A stretch of 47,022 nucleotides of DNA, taken from the NCBI GenBank assembly GCA_032718475.1, contig JAUCBJ010008042.1, positions 1 to 47,022 of the forward strand, written 5' to 3'. This DNA comes from Nemertoderma westbladi (taxonomy: Eukaryota > Animalia > Xenacoelomorpha). Below the pieces are notes generated by a model. The model was not told where the DNA came from and did no database searches. It saw nothing but the letters and a program-made list of their open reading frames with translations. The first letter of the stretch is position 1; the number at the start of each line of letters is the position of its first letter. This document shows positions 1 to 10,600 of the stretch, piece after piece. The position numbers and the translations under genes were made by a program.

Positions 1-292
1 GTTAGATTGATGCATGGTGGTCATATGTGATGAGTTAGATTGATGCATGGTGGTCATGTGTGATGAGTTAGCTTGATGCATGGTAGTCATGTGTGATGAG
101 TTAGATTGATGCATGGTGGTCATGTGTGATGAGTTAGCTTGATGCATGGTGGTCATGTGTGATGAGTTAGATTGATGCATGGTGTTGATGTGTGATGAGT
201 TAGATTGATGCATGGTGGTCATGTGTGATGAGTTAGCTTGATGCATGGTGGTCATGTGTGATGAGTTAGATTGATGCATGGTGGTGTGATGA
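1..292. repeat. 33-bp minisatellite, about 9 copies, truncated by window start
   Basis: Unit gttagattgatgcatggtggtcatgtgtgatga repeated with few substitutions. Confidence 0.95.
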
Positions 293-568
293 CTTATAAT
301 TTACAGTTATATACATACACCATGTCCTGTAATATAGTGTCGTTATTCAGGTACCTGCCCCCCCCCCAAAAAAAAAAAATTTATTTCTACAAATCTTAAT
401 GAGATTGCATCAAATTTGAAATAGAGACAGTTTCACCTCCCTCCTCCTCCGTGGGTGAGCCATACTTTTTATTTTTGCTTTCAATCTTTAGCTACAAGTG
501 TTTGAAAAATGTGTCTCCGGTGATATTTCACCAGTTACATCGCAGTTATTCTTCAACCTTATAGTTAT

Positions 569-1258
569 TTGTATTTTATTTATTAATCAAGCACGTTAAG
601 TAAAAACCTTACCGGTAGGTATGTCAGTACCAAAGTATGTAAAAAACTAAAAAGCAACAAGACCTAGACGTTGCATGCAATCAGTGATCAGCTGACGGCA
701 GCCAGCTGATCGGTAGGTTTCGCTCCGCAACTGAAGGCATTCTCAGGAGGCCAAGCCAGAAAATGTAGAGAGAGATTCCCAAAGGGGGACAGGACAGGTA
801 ACGAAATGAAGATATATCTGTACTGTAACTAACCACTGGGAAGCAGCACTGTAAACTTGCGCCAGTCACGTTTCTGCTTGTTGATAACCGGCTTGCGTGT
901 TTGGATGTAATACATTTCAAACTTTTGCAAGACTGGCCGCAATGGGTGTCTAGCAATTACAGTGAAATGTTTAAACAATTTACGCCAGTCAGTCAGCCAA
1001 CTTGTATTGGGCTCGCCGCGGTGCGTCACGATGGTTGTGCACAGTCTTACCCTGTTCGCTCCCATCATTGGCTGCCCCATCCTGGTGCTGTCTAACGCGT
1101 TCAAACAAGTGTTGGATGGTGTGTCCAACATATTCCCCCTTACAAGAGGGACAAGAGAAAGAGTAAACGACGTTAGACGCAAGTATTTCCGGGATGGGGT
1201 GTTTGAGAGATGGGAGTGACTGATTGACTGACGTGCTTGATTAATAAATAAAATACAA
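569..1258 (-). mobile_element. 5'-truncated Penelope-like element fragment bounded by a 28-bp inverted repeat
   Basis: ttgtattttatttattaatcaagcacgt (569-596) is the exact reverse complement of 1231-1258. The interior encodes GIY-YIG motifs. Confidence 0.75.
870..1200 (-). pseudogene. GIY-YIG endonuclease remnant (Penelope type), frameshifted
   Basis: Manual translation gives PIPEILASNVVYSFSCPSCKGEYVGHTIQHLFERVRQH, then in another frame FTVIARHPLRPVLQKFEMYYIQTRKPVINKQ. This matches the PLE pattern VVY-C-C-YVG-T-R-H...E-I-P-N. Confidence 0.85.
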
Positions 1259-2769
1259 TTAACTCTTTATTATTGGATTTTCAAGCTTCTACTTCAAAGC
1301 CAAAACTCACGTTTCACCAGTTATACTCCAGTTATTCTTCAACCTTATAGTGATTTGTTGGTACTGATGGAAAGCTGGCCATGTAAGGATTCCAAATATG
1401 TAACATAATCTGAATTTCGTTGAAAATTCGCTGAGATATGAGCGTTCGAAACATGGCATGGTTTTGCATCTGAGCGAGGCTATTTTATTCTACAGTATTA
1501 AATAAAAATACCATATTCTAGAACATTTTGTTTATTTATGAATAGCTACGTATTCGAATGCCCATATCTCAGGTATTTCCCAACCCAATTCAAATGTTTT
1601 TACATATTTGGAATCCTTGCATGGGCAGCTTTCTATTGGTACCATCACATCACTATTAGGTTGAAGAATAATTGCACTGTGACCTGTGAAATATCACCGG
1701 AGACACCTTTTTCAAACACTTGTAGCTAAAGATTGAAAGCAAAAATAAAAATTATGGCTCACCCACGTAGGAGGAGGGAGGTGAAACTGTCTCTATTTCA
1801 AATTTAATGCAATCTCATTAAGATTTGTAGAAAAATTGGGGGTGGGGGGGCAGGTGCCTGAATAACGACACTATATTCCAGGACATGGTGTAATTTGGTG
1901 CCATATTGTACAAATAACTAGAAAAGTCAGCAAGCTGGCTGTAAACGTAGAGCCCCTAAACCTCAACGACAAAAAGACCTAATCCGGGATCGATCCCGGT
2001 TCTCTATCATCTGTGTGGCGCTTTACCGAGAAAACTATCAGATCAGATATAAATCAGAAGAAGGTTCCTGTTTCCTACAACAACTATCTACATATATAAA
2101 GAGGGGCAGCGTTGTTATTAAATCAATTTATCAACTTTAATAATTTAGAAAACTACATGACGTTTGTAATGAAGGTCAACACTACAGGCGCTAGTGATTA
2201 TAACGGACGTTAATATTGCGCACTTGGTTGAACAGTAATTGTTATCAACCAAAACATTATGTAATCATATACAGCGCAAGCCTTATGAACAACTGAATTA
2301 CAATATTGCAAAATATAATACTGTATATTAATATAACAAGATAATTTACTGTAGATTGTTTTGTGTTGCGATAATTGGTGGAAAAACTCCAGTATATTAT
2401 TTAACACAGATGGTTTCCGTTCACGTTGGATCCCGTTTATATACAATGCAGCATGACGCATCGCCATTTTTTTTATTCGTGTACAAAAATCTCAAATCTA
2501 CGGAAAAGTTGAGAAAAGTAACTTTCTGAACCTGCCAACATGTCTACGTGGATTATGGTCTTATACCTATCAGGTTTGGTTTACTTTGATCCAAATTTAA
2601 TAATTTTGATAATAATAATTTATGAACCCACTTACTATCTATTTTCTATATATAAACTTATTTTGTGCATTTTTTTTATTTTTTGCAAATACGTTCAAAG
2701 CGTTTTGGAAAAGATTTATCGTTGATTGTTTCGCGAAATGGCCTCAAGATGGCGCACTATCAGAGATAA

Positions 2770-3050
2770 ACTTCAATCAAAGGATAACTTTACACAATGG
2801 AATTGAGTAAAACGGCTATATACCATTTCTAGATGTATTGGTGATGAATAACAATGGAACAATAAAATTAGACATGTTTAGAAAGCCTACTGATTCCAGA
2901 AATTACTGTATGTACCATTCAACTCATGTCACTCTAAGCATACTCTAAAAAATATTCCGCCGCCGAATTAAGGTTAGCAAGCCTAAAGGAAAAAACAAAA
3001 CAACCTATTATAGTGCCGTTAGTCACCACTTACAGTCCTAATATTGACAT
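2770..3050 (+). pseudogene. Degenerate Penelope-like reverse transcriptase C-terminal/thumb remnant
   Basis: Frameshifted translation TMELSKTA/IPFLDVLVMNNNGTIKLDMFRKPTDSRNYCMYHSTH ... KHTLKNIP ... VPLVTTYSPN resembles the PLE RT motifs PFLD, YxKPT and TTYxP. Confidence 0.75.
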
Positions 3051-3210
3051 TGAATTACAAATCAGTGATCGGGCTATGCAAGAAATCAGGAATATTTGCT
3101 ATCTTTTCGAGAAGCCATTCACTACTTTAATAATAAAGAACAGCTGCCGGACGGGCATAAGATATATTACAAAGTAGCTCCTGGGATGACAAGCTCAAAA
3201 GCTCGGGTTT

Positions 3211-4337
3211 AAACACCTTTAGCATACGACAATATTTTATGCTAATAAACAAAACATTACCCGAAGACAGCCCATGCGCGATCATTCACCCGATGGATCT
3301 ACACCCGGGAGGCTGAATTCGGCTGCTTAAATTTTATTATTGCAGTGTAAGGTTGCAGTGTAAATCTACTGTATTATTCGATTGATCACTAATAATTAAT
3401 TTCTGACAGATATTATTGGCTTTCGGGAAATATTAACAGTTCCTTTAGGACGTGGCGCTTTATCTATTTAAACAGAACTAGGACTTATACTAAACGCAAC
3501 GATACTGCTTATGATTAAAGTATAAGGCGCATTCTTTAGGAAATGCTTTGTTACCAATCACAATCATGCACACTATTCTGCCGACCGTCAGTAAATTTGA
3601 TCACACATAAAGAGAGCAGCAATTGACTCATGTAGGGTCTGCTAAATAACATTAGATTCAATACACACCACATTAATATAAATCGCAATTGTTATATATA
3701 GCCTGTCTCTCTAACCTGTAGTGTATCAAGAAAATTGGGAAATTTGGGTGATTTATCAGTATTCTCCAAAGAGCAATATTTCCATCAACAAATAGATACA
3801 ATTAATAACTGACGGTAAATAACAGTACAAACAATATGATTAATAGTGAGTTAATTAGATCAGATAAGATTGATTGATTAGATAACAGTTTATACTTTCG
3901 ATAATTTAAGCAGTTTTACTAGAGTTCTTCCCAAAAAGCCGGTGTTATGGCGAAAATGGGAACACAACAACAGAATCATATAAAATCATATGACTACCTA
4001 ACTATACGAGGATACCAACTACCCTTATTCCCCGAAGCTCCCGTCCAACACAGAGGATGAGCAGTGAGATAGGAAAATTCAGTTCAGTAGCTCTGGGATA
4101 GGTCAAAATCAACGCCCACTCAAATTCTATTGGCCGATACGGACAGCAGGGCTAAGGCAACCTCCCTAAGCTGGTTGGCCGATCGAACAGAACCCAGATA
4201 CTCTCGTACAGCCCATCAGCCAATAAGCTGGTAGCTTGCACTATTTTACCTATAGATCCCTTTTAGAGTATTCTAGCGACCGGGGGGGAACTGGCCAGCA
4301 AGGCAAACGAATCAGTTATCCCACAAAAGCTTTTACA
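3211..4337 (-). repeat. 3' LTR of element 1 (outer end apparently clipped)
   Basis: Starts TGTAAAAGC on the minus strand at 4337. Matches 20820-21949 except for about 4 small indels and 2 substitutions seen by eye. No terminal CA or TSD at 3211. Confidence 0.95.
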
Positions 4338-4346
4338 CCGCTCCCA
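4338..4346 (-). promoter_or_regulatory. Polypurine tract of element 1
   Basis: Minus strand reads TGGGAGCGG immediately before the LTR-initial TG. Confidence 0.7.
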
Positions 4347-4415
4347 GAAAATGGGATTTAAGTCTATAAAATATACAAAATCACAGTTTCTAAAATATAA
4401 AAATACTCTAAACAG

Positions 4416-5558
4416 TTAGTCTTTCTTGCGCGGACGGCGTTTACGCAGTTTTTTAAAGCTAGCAAGAGTCCTTTTCTCTTTGGGGCGAGCCACTTTACGA
4501 GGAGGGCTATAACTCCTGGGTGAAGGGTGCAATATGATTGCATCAGAAGGTATGGGATTACGATCGGTATATCCGCCGGTCGAAGTACCGGGTTGATTGA
4601 CATCAACGTCCGGGGAGAGGGGTCTAACGGCTTTGAGAGCTCGTTTCAAGACAGCCGCTCTTACGGGTCCTGTACGAGTGGTCTGCACGAGGGCCGTGGG
4701 TGGACCATAGGTAGTTAGAAACTTCCTTGGTTTAATGGTTCTTTCCAACTCGCGTTCGCGGGCTCGGTACTCGTAAGGCCGTCGATATACTTCCTGTAAC
4801 TCGGGGTGTGAGTTGACAAATAAGTCTCCATAGGCAGGGTCTTGACGGATAAAGTTTATTAAGTTGTAAGAATGGATGTCACTCGGATTAATGCTCCTGA
4901 GGAATTTGCGTACATATTTAGTTGAAATACATTCTCCAACGCGCTTCAATAGTTCATAACTTGATAGGCGTGATTTCTGCTCGACGGAGGCAAACAAATA
5001 AGGATGGAACGCATAAACTCCTTCGTAAGCGCGTCCAGGGTAATAGCGATGGCGTGAATCACAATGTAAATCAGCGTTCGCTTCCCAAGCTCTGATATAA
5101 CGTAGTACAATCATTTCGTCTACGCTCTCTAAATCATGATTAAAGGGACAATCAAAGCTGGCGTGTCCTTTTAATTGACAATGATGGCATTGAGTCATAA
5201 ATTGGGGGCAGACAGCAAAAATGTGCAAATTATTAAGCCGACAATATGCACAATAGATTTCCATCGACGGTTGCTCGTGGAAATAGGAACAGAGATCGTT
5301 GGTGTCCATAGACGTAATATGGTCTCTCGATGCGCACAGCCGACAACGTTGTCGAGAAACATAATTGGCATGGCGATAATCATACGCAGTAAGACACTGT
5401 GGACCTTGATACCATTCCAATATGTAGTCGCTATCGCTACTCCGAGACGTGGGGGGCTGAATCTCTTCAGATTCTAAACATATGGGTTCGTCTTCCCCTT
5501 GTATAGTTGAGGTAGGCATGGCCGTCTCCTCAAGTGGACCTACCGTCTGAATTTCCAC
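4416..5558 (-). CDS. Accessory ORF4: triple Cys/His zinc-knuckle-like protein with basic NLS-like tail (first ATG at 5519)
   Basis: 380-codon ORF with CRLCASRDH(x9)C, CAYCRLNNLHIFAVC and canonical CCHC CHHCQLKGHASFDC; C-terminus KKLRKRRPRKKD; no hydrophobic TM segment or signal peptide. Confidence 0.8.
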   Translation of the reverse strand: MEIQTVGPLEETAMPTSTIQGEDEPICLESEEIQPPTSRSSDSDYILEWYQGPQCLTAYDYRHANYVSRQRCRLCASRDHITSMDTNDLCSYFHEQPSMEIYCAYCRLNNLHIFAVCPQFMTQCHHCQLKGHASFDCPFNHDLESVDEMIVLRYIRAWEANADLHCDSRHRYYPGRAYEGVYAFHPYLFASVEQKSRLSSYELLKRVGECISTKYVRKFLRSINPSDIHSYNLINFIRQDPAYGDLFVNSHPELQEVYRRPYEYRARERELERTIKPRKFLTTYGPPTALVQTTRTGPVRAAVLKRALKAVRPLSPDVDVNQPGTSTGGYTDRNPIPSDAIILHPSPRSYSPPRKVARPKEKRTLASFKKLRKRRPRKKD

Positions 5559-6060
5559 GACAGAATAACCTGTGGGGATTCGAGGTCTCTAGGTTCTGTT
5601 GACTGGCAATATTGAGATAGGTTTCTCTCAAAAATTCCAAGTAATCGTTGAAGTTGATGCGCTTATCGGGTTCTTCAACGTTTTCTCTGTTGAGTAGGTT
5701 GCGAATAGAGTTCTCGTGTTCTATTCTCGGTTTATCATTACGATTCCGCTGGGCATGATATTTAAATAAAACCATTTCCCTTTCGGTGTCTACATCTTCC
5801 GTATCATGTAAATCGGTAGGATGGCCGGTAGTTAAGAAGTCCATATACGTACCATTACGATTCGTATAGCGAGCGGTGAATTTTCTATAGTCCAATTCAC
5901 GCGTAAGTTGTTCCTGGGACATCGGCGGTTCGATATAACGACCATCGTCCTCCGTAATAGTCGGATCGGCTTCACCGCGTATCAAGCTATCCACAAACGC
6001 TTGTAAAGGTAGAGTATATCGCTCCCTGATACCAAGGTCATCTTCTATCAATTCCGTCAT
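5530..6060 (-). CDS. Accessory ORF3: acidic 176-aa protein of unknown function (possibly the N-terminus of ORF4)
   Basis: ATG-initiated, same strand as pol, protein-like composition, overlaps the ORF4 frame. Confidence 0.65.
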   Translation of the reverse strand: MTELIEDDLGIRERYTLPLQAFVDSLIRGEADPTITEDDGRYIEPPMSQEQLTRELDYRKFTARYTNRNGTYMDFLTTGHPTDLHDTEDVDTEREMVLFKYHAQRNRNDKPRIEHENSIRNLLNRENVEEPDKRINFNDYLEFLRETYLNIASQQNLETSNPHRLFCRGNSDGRST

Positions 6061-6874
6061 ATCTGCTATCTGAGTTTATTAATATCAATATGAGTTAATA
6101 TTTTAGGCAAGCGGGCGTCGCTGCCTACTAGACTTTTGCCCCCGGACAGTGGGTTTCTCAGCGCCGATGTACCGTTGTCGCGGTGTTTACGCCAACATGT
6201 AGCAACAGCACGACAACGATAACCGGCACAAGTCCCACCACTGTCCGTCCCAAAAGCTTGAATCCACTTGAGGTTATCTCGGTAGAGTTAGGGCTACTTT
6301 ACAATTGCGATTAGCTACTGTAAACACACTTTAGTAGTAACATTCACCTATTATAAACGCACAAATTCCATACAATCATTACTTACTGCACACATGCAGG
6401 CCATTTGTTCGTTAGTCAGTGTCTTCCAGAATGTCACGTTATTACTATGTATCCTTGGATACTAATAGTGCGCTATGTATCCTCTTAGGCTACGCAATGG
6501 GGCAAGCCTTTTATTGTTCCTTTAACTTGCTTCTAATTCTAGCGTGGGTGTTGCCATGGTGACATTATGGAAAACTAGCGGTAGAATTAGGGTAATTCTC
6601 ATGCATACAGATCTGGGATGTTATTTAATAGTAATTCTTTAATTGTCAATATCCTCTTTATGCATGATTTTATAAATTTTATCGGCTATTGACTATATGT
6701 TGGAGATTCTCGCACTTTAATACACTCAATATGAATCTCCGCTCCCATGATCTATTAATTACTGGAATTTTGGGAATGTTATAAATTGCAAAAAATGACA
6801 ATTTATGAAATTCATTTGAATATGAATTTAAATTTATTCCCGTGAATTTTATTATTTGATGTTAAATTGACACA

Positions 6875-7160
6875 AATTTTATTCCAGAGCATATCTGGGG
6901 ACTTAGTATCCTTAATTCTATAAAATAGTCCTTCTAAGAATATCGGTAAATGCTGCGATATCTTAATTGACTAGAAATTTTAAAGGATCTGAAATTTACA
7001 GATTTTAATAAATATTAAATTAATATTTAGGATGGGCACCGATTTATTCCAGAACTTGTCTGGGGACGTTAACCACTGATTCTAGAATTTGTCTTTCAAG
7101 TATATCGGTGGGTGCCACGATATCTTAATCGACTAGAATTACAGATGGTCAAAAAGTTTA
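6875..7160. repeat. Diverged direct duplication (165-bp period) between pol and ORF3
   Basis: ttattccaga...tctggggac...tatcggt...cgatatcttaat.gactagaa occurs at 6879 and 7044. Confidence 0.8.
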
Positions 7161-7685
7161 ACAGATTTATTTGCGATTTACGCTACTGTTAGAGGGACAT
7201 CACGCTACTATATGTATTATTTGTTATAAGGTAGAAGAGCAATATCGCACGAAGCAATGTCAGTGTGAAGAGGCAAGTCGTTTCCAAGGTCTACCCAGAG
7301 CTTGGTTTAGCCGAGACACGAGGATCTGAACTTTGCATTCCTAATACTCTGCCTACCAATAATACTTAAATATAGTAGTGGCTTTATTGTACTTTAAGAA
7401 GTACGGACATTTCATCTTACTGTAGTCACGTATTTATAATATGATACGGACAGTAAGGGAAGAGAAAAATAATTATTTCTCGCCGTCGCACTAAATATAT
7501 ATTATAGTAATTATGTACGTAATAAACACTAATATATTGCACTAATCTACTAAATAATCCCTAAAATAACATTCTACTAAATAAAAATTGAATAAAAACG
7601 ATTATAATAAAGTACATAATAAAGTTTGCATATAAAATGTAATAAAATAGATAAATAACATAGTCATACACCCACTCCAGACGTA

Positions 7686-10600
7686 TCACGTTTGGGAGTC
7701 CCTAGATGTTTGAGGAATTAGGGAGGTGGTCGTGGGAAGAGTGTCTTGTCTTCCATAGTTTCCAGAGAGTTCTCTGTCTCTTTCCAGTAAACATAAATGA
7801 CCAACTGGGCGATTGAGTTGTTGCGTCTCAAAGATTATACCGGGCTTCTTGAAGTTACGCCGCATAACGATGAGTTCTACTGAACGCACTAAACCATCCT
7901 CCGAGATATGAGTCTCGATGATACGACCTGTCTGCCACCGTTTACGTGGGAGGTCTGGATCTACAATAAGCACCATATCTCCGGCGCTGACGTTTTCCTG
8001 CTGCGCAAACCACTTAGTTCGAAGTTGTAGCGTGGGCAGGTAATGTTTCTCGAAATGGTCAGCGAAACGACGGGATAGCAACTGCATAAGTTGCCAAGTT
8101 CGACGGCAGTATTCGTCTCCGTCGACAATCTCCGATCGTGGGAGCATGGCTACCGGTTTCTTCAGTAGGAAGTGCGCAGGTGTTAGCGCTTCCAGGGAAT
8201 CGGGACTCGATGAGACTGGCATAAGCGGTCTCTCGTTGAGATAGGCAGCTATTTCCTCCATTAACGTCCGCAAAAGTTCGTCGGTGAGATACGCACGGCA
8301 TGGCACTATAAAGTGAAATGCGGTCTTAACACTTCTAATTAATCTCTCCCAACTTCCTCCCCACCAAGGGGCGTCGGCGGCGTTGAAGGTCCAGCTAGAC
8401 GCTGTTATCCTTAGCTGGTCATCCACCTGTCTTTGGTTCCAGTCCTTTACGTAAGCTTGTATTTCGTTGTTGGCACCAATGAAGTTCGTTCCCTTGTCCG
8501 ATCTCATGGTATTACTCGTACCGAAGCGAGCGATCTGTCGTCGTAAACTTAAGACGAAACTGTTGGTAGATAGATCGTTCACCATATCGAGATGGATGGC
8601 TCTGCAAGTCATGCACACGAAGATGACACACCATCTCTTGACTATAGTCCTCGCACGATATACTTCAATAGGGCCAAATAAATCTACACCAGTATTAGTA
8701 AAAGGTGGTTCATAGAAGCTTACTCGTTCCCTAGGTAATTCTGCCTCTCGCTGTGTTAAAGGCCTACTGAATGCTTTCCTACAGGGTATGCAGTTCCTAA
8801 GAACTTGGTTCAGAGCCCTACAGGGTTTATCAAAATAATAGCGAGTTCGAATTTCGCTAAGAACTCGTTCTCTTCCAGCATGATAAAGCTTACTGTGAAC
8901 ATCTACAATCATTTTGATTTGTACTTCAAGATTTCTAATGAGTATGGGGAATTTAGTGTCAAAGGATAAGGGTGCATTGGTTAATCTTCCTCCAACACGT
9001 ATTAATCCATCTATCATTGTGCTAGAGAATCGATCCCTTAAGCGCATCTGCGGATTTCTCAACAACAGGAAATACTTTTCGGAATCCTCATAGCATTGCA
9101 GGAGTCTCAGTATCTGTTTATTAGTCTCTTCATGCTCCTGGTGACTAATTTTCTCCTTTAGAAAACTGTCAGACACTTTGTATTTAGGTAAGTTTTTAAT
9201 AACATGAACTTGCGCAGATGTCAATGGAGCGTTATCACTAGTGGTCTTCGCCCTGGAGTATTGATGATGAAAGCATCTCTTTAAATATGTGACGGCTTTA
9301 CAGAGCCGATTCCAGGAACTGTAGTGACGCATCGCTCTCTGCAGCAGGGGTGAGATTCCTTGCGAGACGTCTGGTATTCCAGATTTCCAATCTCTATCTC
9401 GAATTTCCGCAACAGATTTATTTATAGCGAGGGATTGTGGATCTAAATCATCGTTTCCGGAAACATGTAATACAGATAGATCGATAGTCGGTTTAAATAA
9501 CTTCGATTTACTCGCCCGGGTTTTAGGTTTGACGGTCTCCGCTCCCTTGGCTTGTCTAATTTCCGCCGTAGTAAGGTGAGGAGGCCATTCGTCCTCTTCC
9601 TTGCTCAGGAAGTCGGGTCCACCCAACCAATCTGGAGTATCTATCAGTTCCTGTGGAGTTGCTCCCCTGGAGGCGATATCGGCTGGATTAATTGTACCAG
9701 GGCAATGTCTCCATTGATCTATCTTTGTGCGACTAAGAATAATAGCTACCCTGTTAGTAACAAAAACGCTGAACTGACAGACTTCATTGGTTAGATATTC
9801 CAACACGAGTAAAGCGTCGGTCCAATAAACCGTTTTCTCCAGTGGGTAATCGATTTGTTCCGTTACGTTCCGGCCGATGGCTGTAGCGTATAAAGCCGCT
9901 TTTAACTCCGCTCGAGGAACCTTTAACTTGTTGTTAATCAGTGCCTTAGAGGTAACCAAGGCGACTTTGATCCCATCCGGAGTTTCGACTCGCAGATATG
10001 CTACTATACCTATTCCCATGTCGCTGGCGTCTCCAAACACATGGAGTTGATAGGAATACGTCGGAAGAACATGTCCAAAATATGCACGGGAAATTATAAA
10101 GTTCTCGATGGCAGGTAGAGAATCTTCCCATTTCATCCATTTCTTCAACAGTTCTCCCTTAAGCGGATCATCCCATGAGTGGTTTTCAAGCCACATCTGT
10201 TGTACTAAACTCCGAGCAATCAATATAACTGGGCTAATAAATCCCAATGGGTCGAAATAAGTGCTCAGGATACTTAAACAAATCCGTTTGGTCCGGACTG
10301 GATTATCTCGCTGTTTTAACTGAAAAAACAGAATGTCTCTTTCAGTGTCCCACTTCAAGCCTAGCGTCTTGGTTTCAGGAAGATCGTCCTTTATTAAGTC
10401 TAGGTCTTTCGCTCCGCGATCCTCTACCGGTATGGCTTCCAGAAACTCACGGGAGTTACTAGTGAATTTCGTCAGTCGAAATCCACCTCTTTTCAAACAC
10501 TCTACCGTTCCTTTCGCGACAGCTATGGCTTCTTCTACTGATGGAAGGGACCTTAAATTGTCGTCCATGTATATATTGCGTTTTATGTTGTCTATCACTT

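Larger units (their letters stand above)
318..1890. mobile_element. Foldback MITE with long TIRs and TA target duplication (Tc1/mariner-type target), interrupted by a Penelope-like fragment
   Basis: Begins TA|CACCATGTCCTG and ends GGACATGGTG|TA. Segment 318-565 is the inverted complement of about 1651-1890, and about 1345-1450 of about 1553-1650. Confidence 0.85.

Noticed and set aside
4416-6060. env gene interpretation of the 3' ORFs
   Set aside because: No signal peptide, fusion peptide or transmembrane segment; zinc knuckles and a basic tail instead.
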